Below, piece by piece: positions 27,994 through 40,696 of a stretch of 64,000 bases of DNA (the first letter of the stretch is position 1; the number at the start of each line of letters is the position of its first letter). Source of the DNA: Pelomyxa schiedti (taxonomy: Eukaryota; Protista; Evosea); assembly GCA_020536535.1 (NCBI GenBank), contig JAHLWZ010000791.1:248001-312000 (forward strand), read 5' to 3'. The notes under the pieces were generated by a model. The model made no database searches. It was not told the DNA's origin and saw only the letters and a program-made list of their open reading frames with translations. Both the position numbers and the translations under genes were made by a program.

Positions 27994-28117
27994 TTCATCT
28001 TGTAGAAAAAAATGAACTAAAACGAGTGCTTCTACACAAAAGGGAGGACAAAAAACCTTTTCTTTAGTAGGGTTTGTTTGTTGAGCTCTAACCAAAATCA
28101 GGAAATATGTATTGCCG

Positions 28118-29868
28118 TCAGGATTGCTGTGAGGCGGTTTTAACGACTTGCAACAAACCGGCAAGTGAGTTTCTCCACATTTTGAGGTCCTTGGAGAGAT
28201 TGTTCCAGTCTTCTGGACCAAATGATCTAGTGATAAGAGTCCTGTGTATGGAAGATAAAGAACATGAGAAAACACTATGAAGAATCAGGAAAGAGAAGAC
28301 ACACTGAAGTGCGACAGTGTTGTTTGCTTGATTGATTTTGCATGTGATTACATGGGCCCCAACTCCACGCAACAGCCAGTTCTCCACTTCAGAATCTGGA
28401 ACTGCGATCCCTTGAGCTACATCCCTAATATAAGTGAGATTTTCCATTTTCCATCCTGTATTTGAACCTGAGAGAGAGAGTAGGGCGTGATGACGCTAGC
28501 TGGGCAAGCTGCAACAACCTCATTTTTTCTTCACACACTTGTCGTGAGATTCCTTGAAGATTATGTCAAACTTCAAGGCAAAGAATGCTGGAAAGAAACC
28601 ATGTGTATCGAAGACAGGTTTGATTCCATCAGCCAATGAAACGAAATCAGAGTAGCTGCCAGATACAAACACCTTTAGTAACCCCAGTAATCCAGATTGG
28701 GCAGGATTGGTGCTGGAAGCGAGATGTTTCACAACGTCCAAGTGCATAATGTCATCCATCTCGAAGACAGATGGTGAAGATATTTTGGATACCTTGTACA
28801 ACATGGGTATTGCGAAGAATGGTGGAGAAAGTTTTACCACTAAAGCAGTAGTTTCAGTGGCAGCAAGTTCGAGTTGATCTGGGGGACACCCCTGGAATGT
28901 CTGAAGATATTTCATCACAAAACTTTCGCATTCTGATCTGAAAAAAGTTAGTTTTGTTACATGCCTTCCCGTGTTAGGAATTAATTAAGTTCGGGGCACT
29001 TGCTTGTGTTGGGTTTTTAGGAGATCAATTGTGACTTGATAGAAACGGCGTTTTTGGGTGAGGTCCCAACCACTGGTAGAAAGAAGGCTATATTTCGTCA
29101 TAAATAGAAACATTTCTGGAATGGTATACTTTTCGATTTGTTCCATTTTTGGTGCGATGATATCCACACGATTTGATTTTTTTGCAAGATCACAAATGAT
29201 TATGACAGTGTGGAATCGCTCTATGGATGTATGTGGATAATAGTTGAAGAAGTTGTTAAGCCTGGAAACTATTAATAACATAGGAAGTACGCAAGCTGCA
29301 TACATTCGTAGTCTTAGCAGTGCTCGTTCAGTGGACGAGGCTACTTTGTCCCGTAGAGTTGTTGCAAGGGAGGGGTCCAATTTCACACACAGAGTAAAGA
29401 GGATGTTAATGCAACCCTCCACCTCTTTAAGGAGTGAGAACAGCACACGGAAAACGAAACAAACAAACAAACCAACAAACAAACAAACAAAAAACAAATA
29501 AAAAAAGTAACACAACACCAACCCCTGTCAACATTCGACTCCAAGAAGATATCAGAGTGCTCCATCAACCTCCCTACTGCGGTTTTAATGTGTTTTGAGC
29601 GGGTGTCTGCTGCCTTTTCAGCCCTCCACGCCGCGGCGTCCCGCTGGCATTCCTCGTACAAAGTTGTTGGAAAACTCGAGTCCTTTTGCTTCTTCTTGCT
29701 TACTACATATCTAAAATAATAAAAGACAAAAGAAAAATAAGAAAATAGGGAAAAAAAAGCACGCGAACATGAGGCGACAAAGGGCAACAAAAAAGGGTGG
29801 TGTTGTACGCACTTTGCGAGTTCGACGACTTGGACGTCCTCCGTGTGACCCTCTACCACCGCCGCCAT
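28118..29868 (-). CDS. EIF3M: Eukaryotic translation initiation factor 3 subunit M (PCI domain)
   Basis: EVEGCINILF, MKYLQTF, LLKVFVSGSYSDF, KMRLLQLAQL, EVENWLL..VITCKINQ, RSFGPEDWNNL..LKMWRNSL. Confidence 0.85.
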
Positions 29869-30354
29869 AGATCTACACCGACACAGGGCAAAGAAAATAA
29901 TTCAGATATTGATCCCCTTTCCGCCATTCAAACACGTGCAATTGCAATCAACAAATGTCTCTGAGACTGACAAAGCCCAACGAGCGGCTGGCCAACTCAC
30001 AGCATTCGCACCCAACAACACCCCACTCTGAATACTGGATACCGTTGTAATGCCAGAGTCCAGATCTCCCTCGTTCCCAGAAAGTCGTTTCTGAAAAGCA
30101 CGAAACCCCGAGGATGACGGTTCGTTTTTCATAGCAACGCAACCGCCTTTGTCGTACAGCGACACCCAATCTAACTTCTTTTTCTTTTTATTGGTTCTGG
30201 TGCTGTTTGCTCTCTCGATTATTCACTCACAAAAAACACCCCCCAGTCCCCCGACAGCTTAGACGTCACCACCAACCGCGTGACATCTAGTACCGTCCTT
30301 AGGTGCATCACCTGTGCCCAGGCCCTATGTGCCTTCGAGGCTAACAATTCCACC

Positions 30355-33300
30355 ATGGTGGGGACGCCCCCTGCCCCCCTCCCTCGGCCCGCCTCCGGCG
30401 CCCCCTCCTCGAGTCGCGGGGGAAAGGCCGCGGTGCCCCTGCGGGGCTGTGTGCTGAGCTGCGTGGACCTGACCGCCGAGCGCGACTTCTTGGACAGGTT
30501 CGACCCGGCTGGTGCGTACATCATTGGCGACTGCAGGCTCCCTCAGGGCCTGACCGAGGACCAGCTTGTCGCCAAGGGTGCCATCGTCATCAGGCCGAGG
30601 CTGTCCACCGAGGAGGGATTCGATCCCATAAGGCAGGGGCTGTACACCGTGGAGGAGCTGAAAGCCGTCGACGCCAAGATGTACGCTTTCGTGAGGCGCA
30701 GGGATCACACGCAGCTTGACAGGCTGTGCGAGTACATCCACGACGGCCTGGTCCTCGACGCGCTCAACAAGGAGATAGAGAGACGCTCCATCGTGGGCAT
30801 TATGGGAGGCCACTCCATGACGCGGAATTCCGAGATCTACCGCGAGGTCGCTCGCCTGTGCCACCAACTTGCCAAGTTGGGATTCACAATCATCACCGGC
30901 GGGGGTCCCGGAGCCATGGAAAGCGGGAATTTGGGCGCGTTCATGGCCGACTGGCCTGAATCTGACCTGGACTCCGCGCTCAAGGCCCTTTCGGACGCCG
31001 GAGACGAGAGCACCGAGGCCGCCGACGCCCTTTTGGCCAAGTACGGGAGGCCCGGCGGCGGCAAGTTGTCACTGGGCGTGCCAACTTGGCTGTACGGCCA
31101 GGAGCCCACCAACAGATTTGCGTCGCTGCAGGCAAAGTTCGTCAGCAACGCCGTGAGGGAAGATATCCTGGTCACAATTTGCAACTGCGGCATCATCTTC
31201 ACGGAAGGCAGCGCTGGCACGAGGACTGAAATCGCTCAGTACGCGGTGCCAAATTGCTACGCTTCTGAGAAGGATGGTGACACGTCGAAGCCGATGATTT
31301 TCTTCAAGAATGTATGGGTTGAAAATTCTGTTTACCAGTCCCTCTGTGCTGTAGCTCAAAGGGAAGATGAAGCAAAATCCAAACTGGATGGATATAGCAA
31401 ACGCATTTATGTTCTATCAGACCCTGCCGAGGTTGTGAAAGTGATCCAACACTTCCAAAAGGTAAGAAGTGCTGTGCCTGAACCATCACCAGCTCCAGTT
31501 GTTTCTGATGTTATGACCCTGGAACAACAAGAAGAGAGTGCCAAGCAAATAGCTGCATATGCTGCTGTTGACTACTGGGTGACAAAGGATGGCATGACTG
31601 TAGGAATCGGTGGCGGGAGCACTATCAAATATGCTATTGCCAGAATATCAGATATATGTAAGTTAAATAATTGGAGGATAGTTTGTGTGCCTGGGTCTCT
31701 ACAAACTCGAAAACTTCTATTGGACCACCATCTATTAGTAAGTGACTTGAAGACAACACCCTACGTCGATGTTGTTATCGATGGTGCGGATAGATGCGAC
31801 CTCTACTTGAACCTGATAAAGGGTAGAGGTGGATGCCTTCTACAAGAGAAAATCCTAGCATTCAGTACCGGTGCCTATGTGGTTATTGGACATTGGGAAA
31901 AAGATTGCGAGACCCTTTCTAGTGGTATAACAGGTCCATTTCCTGTACCTCTTGAAGCATCCCCTCTTGCTGTGGAGCGTATTATTCGCTCACTCCAGGA
32001 GCACTATGGTCCAATCAAAACAGAATTAAGGACAATCCCTCCTAGTGCAGATACCCTTCCAGATCACCGGGTCCCATTTGCTACAGACAATGCCAATTAC
32101 ATAATAGATGTCACCTTCACTGAGGAGCATTTACATAATCCCAAGAAGCTAGAGGCATCTTTGCATTTGATTCCAGGGGTGCTTGAGGTTGGGCTATTTA
32201 CAAGTAATGTTACTATGGCCTTCTTTGGAAAAAAGAACTATTTACCTGGGGAACGGCCCTTCTACACTCGTCGTAGAACAGAGGTAGGGTTGAATCCAAA
32301 TGTTTCTCCTAGTCAACAACATTCCGCTATTGAGGATGTTCTAAATCAAGTGAAAGCAATTTCTGCAACTAATGGTAAACCAGTTGTAGAGATAGACCTG
32401 GACATGTGTGGGCTTACACCATATGAGCGCATTATATTTGGATTGAGGAAAGCCGGCGCAGACTGGGAAATTCCAGAATTTAGCACTGACCCAATGCTAT
32501 ATACAGGAGGAATTTTGCCAGGTCTTAGCCTCGGAGCTTGGAAATCATTCCTTGTTGAGATTTCTTTTGTAAGCGGCTTCTTTCCAGAGAAATTCTTGCT
32601 AATACGCTTATAGATCACAAAAAATTACCCTGACCTTCCTTGGATTCCTACAAATGAGGAAGCAAGGTGGAAATCCAAACCCGAACCTGGGAGTAGTGTG
32701 TGGTCTTCCTTTTATAGTGCCTTCTGGAAGAATGACTTGATGGGACATGATATCCCCACATCCGGTTTGAGGGAGTTCATAAAAAAGGTTGAATACAATG
32801 GGGGAGTGATTGTCTTTTTGAGTTCTAGATGGAAAGATACACACCTCGCCCCAACACAGGTAGTTTTACATCAAATAGTAATGGGTAAAACTCCAACCTT
32901 ACTCTTTGGAAATGCGGACCCTTTCACCACAACGGACTGGAAAAACAAAGTGGAGAAACAACAATTGATCAGAGAAAAAAATGGCACCCCTGTTGCCGTT
33001 TTTGATTCCGATGCGGATTCCCTTTCACAAATCAATAAAGCTTGTGGAGGAAAATTAATTTGTGTTCAAGTTGCATTACCAGGATACTCTTGTAATAGAA
33101 ATATCAGTAAAGCAGCAAGAAAAATTTCTACATTTGACTACAGTGAAGAAGCTCCGCACAGTGTTGGAACAGTCTTAAAGCAACCAATTCCTCAGCTGCC
33201 AGCACTTCTCCCCGTTGAACCATCAAGGCAGCCAGAACATCGCATCCGAATAGCCACATTCAACTGTGAGAACCTTTTCCTCAGATTTAAGTTCAAGACA

Positions 33301-34352
33301 GCAATGCCACATAACCGCAGGGATGGCGGCTGGTCAATGAACGATACCAACCTGAGCATCTTTGATGAAGTGGAGAAACGTCTAACAGCAAATTGCATCC
33401 GAGAAATAAACGCTGATGTCATAGCACTAGAAGAAGTGGAAGACCTTGTTCTTCTTGATATGTACAACCGCGAGTATCTATCCAAAATGTACCCTCACCG
33501 GATTCTCATCCAAGGCAATGACCAGCGCTTCATCAATGTTGGAGTATTAAGCAAATATCCTTTCCAGAATGTAAGGACCCACAGAGCCGAGACGAATTCA
33601 GCGGGCTCTCCCCTGTTCTCTCGTGACTGCCTGGAAGTAGACGTAAGTGTGGAAGATAAGGTGCTCCACCTGCTTGTCAACCACTTCAAGTCCATGCTGG
33701 GTGGGCGAGCTGAGACCCGCAACACCAGGCGCGACCAGGTCAACAGAGTCGTGCAGATAATAGAATCCGCTTATGGGAGCAATGTGGAGGGCAATGTTGT
33801 GGTTGTAGGCGACTTCAACGATTACTGTGCCGGCCCAACAGATAATGAGAGTGGTGTGACACCCCTTGTTCACCATCCCAGGTTGGAGAATGTGCTGGCC
33901 AGGGTGCCTCCAACCGAGGCCTGGACACACTACTTCAAGAAAGGGAGGGAATATCATCAGCTTGATTATCTACTGCCCTCAAGGTCTGCTTAGTTTTTCT
34001 GTTTTTTTTTTTTTCTTGTGGTTTTTCCTGTTTTTGCTTTTGTGGCTCGTGCTTTATTTTTGGATTTGGAAACCTGGCTCTCCTTCGAGATATAACACTG
34101 GCGATCTCTAATATTATTAAACAGGGCACTGTCACAATCACCAGCGAACCGGGGCACGTTGCCGGTTGCATTCCGAAAGGGCGTCACAATATACGCATCA
34201 AGATACGACGGTCCTCGCTACTCCACACAGCCGTATGTGTTTTCTTTCATTGTTGTCCCGCCCGCAGACGTATCTCAACGACTTCACCAAAACACAGGAG
34301 GCAAGAGGCAAGTGACCATTGTCCGTTATATATGGATCTTGTCCTCCTATAG
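30355..34352 (+). CDS. Four-domain fusion: LOG/SLOG-family phosphoribohydrolase-like + ribose-5-phosphate isomerase A + HAD-like + EEP (endonuclease/exonuclease/phosphatase)
   Basis: LOG: GIMGGH, TGGGPGAME, GVPTWLYGQEP, SNAVRED, GSAGTRTEI. RpiA: GIGGGST, DGAD, LIKGRGG..EK, TDN, IPGVLEVGLF. HAD-like: EIDLD, FLSSR, VFDSD. EEP: ATFNCENLF, ALEEVED, FSRDCLEV, NHFKS, GDFND, LDY, ASDHCP. The phase-0 intron 32569-32613 joins the two big ORFs in frame. Confidence 0.88.
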
Positions 34353-34509
34353 AACCTTGTTGATGGAAGTCACCAGATTCGCAGGTAGAAAACAGTTACC
34401 GAATCGGCCCACGGCTTGTGACACCAATGCCCTGCTGAAAATTAAAAACGAAGATTTTTATTCTTCTTTTTTGTTTTTTATCATTTTTTTCCGTAACTTA
34501 GGGGCGACG

Positions 34510-37500
34510 ATGCAGGGTGCGCCGGTGGGAGATGGTGGCGGTGTTCCGGGTGGTGTCGCAGTTACGTCGTTGAGGAAGAGGAAGGAACCAGCGCCACCTG
34601 ACGACCAGCTAGAAATAATGCCACTCGGTGCTGGTGTGGCTGTTGAACTGTGAATCTCAAGCTATTTGACCGGTTTTGTTTTTTTTTTTTGGCTAGGCAA
34701 TGAGGTTGGCAGGTCATGTGTGTTGCTGAAATACAAAGGCAAATCTGTGCTGGTACGGAATAGCCACTCGCGACTGAATATGCTGCTTTAATCACCATCT
34801 ATACAGTTCGACTGTGGTGTCCACCCTGCTTTCAGTGGGGAAAGTTCACTACCATTTTTTGATGCCATTGACCCTGGAACTGTGGACCTTGTACTCATTA
34901 GCCAGTCTGCCCTCCCTTTTCTTCCTGCTATGGAGTCTTGTGTAACCTTAATGACAGTTTCCACTTGGATCACTGTGCTGCACTGCCTTATTTTCTTGAA
35001 AAAACCACATTTAGAGGGCGTGCATATATGACATATCCAACTAATTCCATATACAAACTCCTCCTGTCAGATTTTGTAAGAAAAAGGTACAACAGTGATT
35101 CCTATCCCTTCAATCTAATTTTCAAAAGTAATTCCCCAGCTGATGAAATGTTATATACAGAACAAGATCTTCTTCATAGCATGGAGAGGATAGAGAGGAT
35201 AGACTACCATGAAGTACGATTAATTTGTTTTTAAAATATATAGCATCCCTCCTGCTCTTATCCTCCTGCAGGAATTGGAGCACAATGGAATAAAATTCAA
35301 ATGCTTAAATGCTGGGCATGTTCTTGGAGCAGCCATGTTCCTTGTAGAAATTGCGGGAGTGAGGGTATGCATTCAAACACTGGGACTCACCTCAAGAAAA
35401 AACCTAATAAATATTCACAAAAAATATAATCAATCTTTACAACACAAAACAAACACAACACAACACAGCATTACATGAACCTCTGAACGAATTTGGGCAA
35501 AAGGTTCTATATACTGGTGACTTTTCCAGACAAGAGGATAGGCATCTCATGGGTGCTGAAGCACCTTCTGGTAATTTCGTGAATGAAGTTTTTCTTAATA
35601 ACCTTTTCCACAGTTTCTGTTGATGTGCTCATTGTTGAGTCCACATACGGTGTTCAAACACATCAACCCAGAGAAGAAAGAGAAAAACTTTTCACAGGTT
35701 TGCATTGCTTTCTTACTTGAGTTAATGCCAGGAAAGGCTACGTACATGAGATTGTCACAAGAGGAGGAAGATGCTTAATTCCTGTTTTTGCCTTGGGAAG
35801 AGCACAAGAACTCCTTCTTATTTTAGGTAAGAAAATGCATTAATTCTCCTCCGAATACTTTCTGATGAAATCCTAGATGAGTTCTGGGATGAACACCCTG
35901 AGCTTCATTCCATCCCAGTGTATTTTGCTTCTACTTTGGCAAAGAAATGCATGACTTTCTATCAAGCCTTTGTAAATATGATGAACGAGGTTCAAAACTT
36001 GCACTCTGTGATTGCCTTTTTGTTAAAAAAAAAAAAAAGCACATCAGAAATAAGTTTGCTATCTCAAATCCCTTCCGGTTCAAATATGTCGCAGAGCTTG
36101 ACAATGAAGTTTTTGATGATAATAACCCTTGTGTAGTGATGGCCAGGTTGCACAAATCCTTCTTATTTCTCGTACTAACTTTTTTTCAGCCCTGGCATGT
36201 TACAGGCAATCAATATTTCTTTTCTTTTTCATCCGTTGACATTTTTCAAGAATGGACTTTCCAGAACTTTGTTTGAGAAATGGTGTTCAGATAAAAAGTC
36301 TGGGGTGATTCTGCCGGGGTACTGCGTGGAGGGTACGCTCGCTAAGGTGTGCTTCTTTCTAAGTAGGTCAAATGTAACCTTATGGCAGAAACTCTTGACA
36401 GGCGAACCCAAGACAATCCCAAGGTACATTTACTTGTAATTTCATTTACTGGTTTATTTAATTTCTGTGGCACAGTGGCACTCATCCAGGAGTGGAGTTG
36501 GCCCGAAATTGCTCTATAAAATATATTTCATTTTCAGCACACTCTGATTTCAAACAAACGTCGGAATTCATTGATATTCTCTTCCCATCTTATGTGGTTA
36601 GTTGAGAAACTCATTGTGACGTAAATAACAACACTAGGTACTTGTGCACGGAGATGGCAATGAAATGGGTCGCCTTAAGCAAGCCTTAACTCAAATTTAC
36701 GAGAAAAAGAGCATGGAAGTCTTAATGCCCGGAAATACACAAGTGGTTTCCTTGCAATTCCATGGAGATAAAATTGCCAAAGTATTTTACCTATTTCTAT
36801 CTCTTTCTCTAAACTCTTTTACAGGCAATTGGCAAGTTGGCCTCAGAACCTCCCTCACAGCGAAGACGATTGTCTGGAGTAATTGTTCGTAAGGACTTTA
36901 TGCATAGACTACTGTATGGTCAGAGTTGTGATAATGCCTTCTAAGATTCTACAAGGGACCCATCAGAACTGCACACTTATACACAACTACGAACCAATCA
37001 AGTTATGCAGCATATGACTATTCCTTTTCACAGTGACTTGGGCCCACTTGTTCAGTGCTTACAGCAAGTATTCAGTGATACCACAGGATACGATGCCTCA
37101 AATTCCGCTTGTGTTGTGCGGGTAGGGATTCTCCTTACTATTACATCTTTAAACTAAAATAGGTACATGGTGGTGCTGTAGAATTGAGCATGCAATCTCC
37201 TGGTGTCTTGCTACTAGACTGGAACTCAACACCACTTTCCGATATGATATCAGACGCCATTATCTCAATTGTAATGAATATAGAAATGAATCCTGTTGCA
37301 GCATCCGCACTTCTTCCAGGTTCCTACACAATTTTCCGTCAAATCACTAACAAAATCAAACAGCAGTGAAACCGGAGGCCAGTGCACCACCTGCCAAACC
37401 CAAAGTGGATGCCTCTTGCGTCGTTGGTATTCTCACCAAGCACTTTGGCGGTGCAGAAGTGGATCCAACCAAAGAAGGCTATGTGAATGTCAACTGTGAT

Positions 37501-37662
37501 GGCGAAGCAGCAACCATTTGTCTTGCCGACATGGTATCTTGTTGTGCAATATTCCTCCCCTTATTTATTATCCAGACTGTGAGTAGTAGCAGTGAGGTAC
37601 TGCAATCTAGAGTGGAAGGGGTACTTGTCTGGCTCAGGGAGACCTTACTTCCAATTGACTAA
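34510..37662 (+). CDS. CPSF3: Cleavage and polyadenylation specificity factor 73 kDa endonuclease
   Basis: PLGAG|[87 protein letters not shown]. Confidence 0.96.
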
Positions 37663-37826
37663 ATAAAGAAGAGCTGAAAATTTTTCCAAAAAATGTTTCT
37701 TTTTTCTTGTGTATTGACAAGTGAAATGATGAATGGTGTACTCGCTGTGCCCTTTTCTCTTACTAGCATCTTTCTGACAAACTCTCCTCTCAGACACACT
37801 CGTCCCCTCTCTCTACCATAATTATT

Positions 37827-39121
37827 TTATGGGATGTATTCTGTTTTGGTTGTTGTAACGTGAACGAGGACAACACCAGAGAGCACATCACACAGAAGGA
37901 TCCTCTGTGGTTCACCAGTTTTCGCGTCACTGTCTGGAAAGGAAGGCATGACCCCTGCATAGTTGCCGGGGAACCCGGGGCCTGTACGAAACTGGCACAC
38001 AAACTCACGTATGGGATGGGAAAGGTCTGAGGAGTGGTACACGTCCATCACAAAGGCATTTTCTTCCGACGGGAGGGCTTCCACCACACCAAAATGGCCA
38101 CGTCTTCCAATAGAACTCCCGTGACCACAACGTGACAGAAGAGTCATGCCTGTGGCTGTGTCATAGAGTGTGAAACCGCCAAAGTTGTTCTGTAGGATGC
38201 AAAGTGAGCCATTGGGCTGCAATATCACGTTGTTGTGCCCCATGGGCGACAATATGTCGCAGGGGAACTCCAACTTTCTCAGTGTCACAAGTGACTGGGT
38301 TTCGAAGGTTCTCTGCAGGTCAACAATATCAGCTACTCCATGTGTTGAAGACAACTTGTATTCCAAATAGAACAGAACAGCAATTCCACCAGCAGCAGCG
38401 GAATCGCCGCAGAAACTCCCCACAGAATAATCATCAAAGAACTTTCCGGCAGAAACTTCGGTCTCAGTTCTGATTGTCACACAAGGCTCCCTTGGCTTTC
38501 CTCCAGTCACCTTCCTAAGCTCAAGGATGCGGAATAGAACCACAATCAGCCACTGGGAATTCGCCATCACAAAATGAAAGTCACCCGCGTCGTATGAGCT
38601 GATCCTCTGCCTGCACCTCCCACTTGAATCCCACCTGCCAACACCAGCCCTGACCTTCGAGAATCCAGACACACTGGTCGCAATGAATGAAGCCAGGCTG
38701 TCACCAATCCACGCCGTCACACTGTCATCAAGCCCTGTTGTCAGGCACCCACACTTCACAACCCCAAGTGTGAATGACACAGCCACGTAAATACAGGATG
38801 CTGATGTTTTTGGTCTTTGAGCTTCTTTTCGATAAGGCAGGGGATACACTATCCTCCTCTCAATTGACATGACCCACGATTTACCTATCTCATTCACCAA
38901 CACACTGAGTGGCACCATACTCACTGCTGGTTGTAGTAGGACATCACTTCTTCTCTCCCTGTTATGATGAATTTGTGACAATAGTCACATTACGACCCAC
39001 TCTTGGAATACCTGAAGGAAGTTGTGCCTGCGTCATCATTGTGGGATGCCGTCAGCACCGAACCACAAGCCAAAGCAACAAACTGGTCCCGCGATGAAAT
39101 GTCAGTCCGCACCGTCGTCGT
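37827..39121 (-). CDS. Orphan lineage-specific protein, tandem paralog A (start codon is ACG)
   Basis: Clearly alignable to 39270-40578. Intron at 39011-38959. The codon homologous to the paralog's ATG is ACG (39121-39119). Confidence 0.65.
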
Positions 39122-39269
39122 TTTTGTTGTTTTCTTTAATTGAAAACAAACGTTAAAATGGCTGAATAAAAAAAACACCAGACCGATCCTGAGCGACGAT
39201 AACGAAAATTACAGCGTTGAATATTTGATTCGAATAAAATATTCCAAGTTCAATTTGTTGATTGGGATT

Positions 39270-40578
39270 TTATTCAACGCTGGTTGTTGTTGTAATGTCA
39301 ACAAAGACCACCCCAGAGAGCACATCATACAGAAGGATTCTATTTGAGTCACCAGTTTCCGGGTCAATGTCCTTAAAGGAAGGCATGACCCCAGTTTCGT
39401 TGGGCAGGTATCTATTGCCCGTAGGCCACAGGCACCCAAACTCACCTACGGGATTGAGACAGTCTGAGGAGTGGTACACGTCCATCACGAAGGTATTGCC
39501 TTCACACGGCTGCAGTTCCACCACACCAAAGTAGCCACGGCGTCCAATGGAACTCCCATAACCATCACTTGACAGAATATATGTCTCGCATGTCACTGTG
39601 TCATAGAGTGTGCAGTTGGTGTTGAGATTGTTGTCGAGAATGCACAGTGAACCATCAGGCCGCAAAATAACAGAAATGCGGTCAAGGCCCGACATGGCCG
39701 GGCTTGGGAACTCAACTTTTCTCAGTGTCACAAGTGACTGGGTTTCGAAGCTTCTCTGCAGGTCAACGAAAGCGGCGAAATCCTGTGTTTTAAGAACCTT
39801 GTATTCCGAATAGAACAGAACTGCAATTCCACCCGCAGCGGCAGAATCACCGAAGAAACTCCCCACAGAATAATCATCAAAGAACTTTCCGGCAGAAACT
39901 CCGGCCTCAGTTCTGATTGTCACACAAGGCTCCCTTGGCTTTCCTCCAGTCACCTTCCTCATCTCAAGGATGTGGAACGGAACCACAATCAGCCACTGAG
40001 AATTCGCCATCACAAACCCAGATTGAGTTAGAGGGCACGAGCTTATCCTCTGCTTGCACCTCCCTGTTGAATCCCACCTCGCCACACAAGCCGTAGCCTC
40101 TGGGGCGCTGGACACACTGGTCGCAATGAATGAAGCCAGGCTGTCACCAATCCACGCCTCCACAGTATCATCAAATCCCGTTGTCAGGCACCCGCACTTC
40201 ACAACCCCGAGTGTGAATGACACAGCCACGTAAATATTGGAAGTGGTTAGTGGCGGTGGCTCTGAACGATCCTCGTAATGTCTCGTAGGGGGTTTGTGCC
40301 GAAAGGGATACACTATTCTCCTCTCAATTGACATGACCCACGATTTACCTATCTCGTTCACCAACAGACTGAGTGGAATCATGCTCACTGCTGATTGTAG
40401 TAGAATATCACTTCTTCTCTGCCTGTATGATGTGATCAGTGTCACAACGCATAAAAGTCAAGAAAAAATGCCTGACGGATGCAGTACTGGCATCATTATG
40501 GGAGGATGGCAGCGCCGAACCACACGCCAACGCAAGAAACTGGTCTCTCGATGAAATGTCAGTCCGAACCGTTGTCAT
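39270..40578 (-). CDS. Orphan lineage-specific protein, tandem paralog B
   Basis: MTTVRTDISSRDQFLALACGS first exon, GC-AG intron at 40471-40423, long second exon sharing NEIGKSWVMS, ANSQWL and DVLSG with paralog A. Confidence 0.75.
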
Positions 40579-40696
40579 TTTTATTCTTTTGTTTGTTTTT
40601 TGTGTTTTTGGGTGTACGTTCTTTTCCAAAAAAACAAAGGTTTAGCATAAATAGGGTGAAAGGTTTTTCTTGGGTTGCCGAAAATTTTGTGTGCAC

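Noticed and set aside
29900-30170. Small hairpins in the eIF3m / LOG-fusion intergenic region
   Set aside because: No second copy, no DUSE-like element and no recognisable RNA family; cannot be supported.
30355-31290. High GC of the LOG domain as evidence of recent HGT
   Set aside because: The same 5' GC enrichment occurs in native genes such as EBP2 and SDE2.
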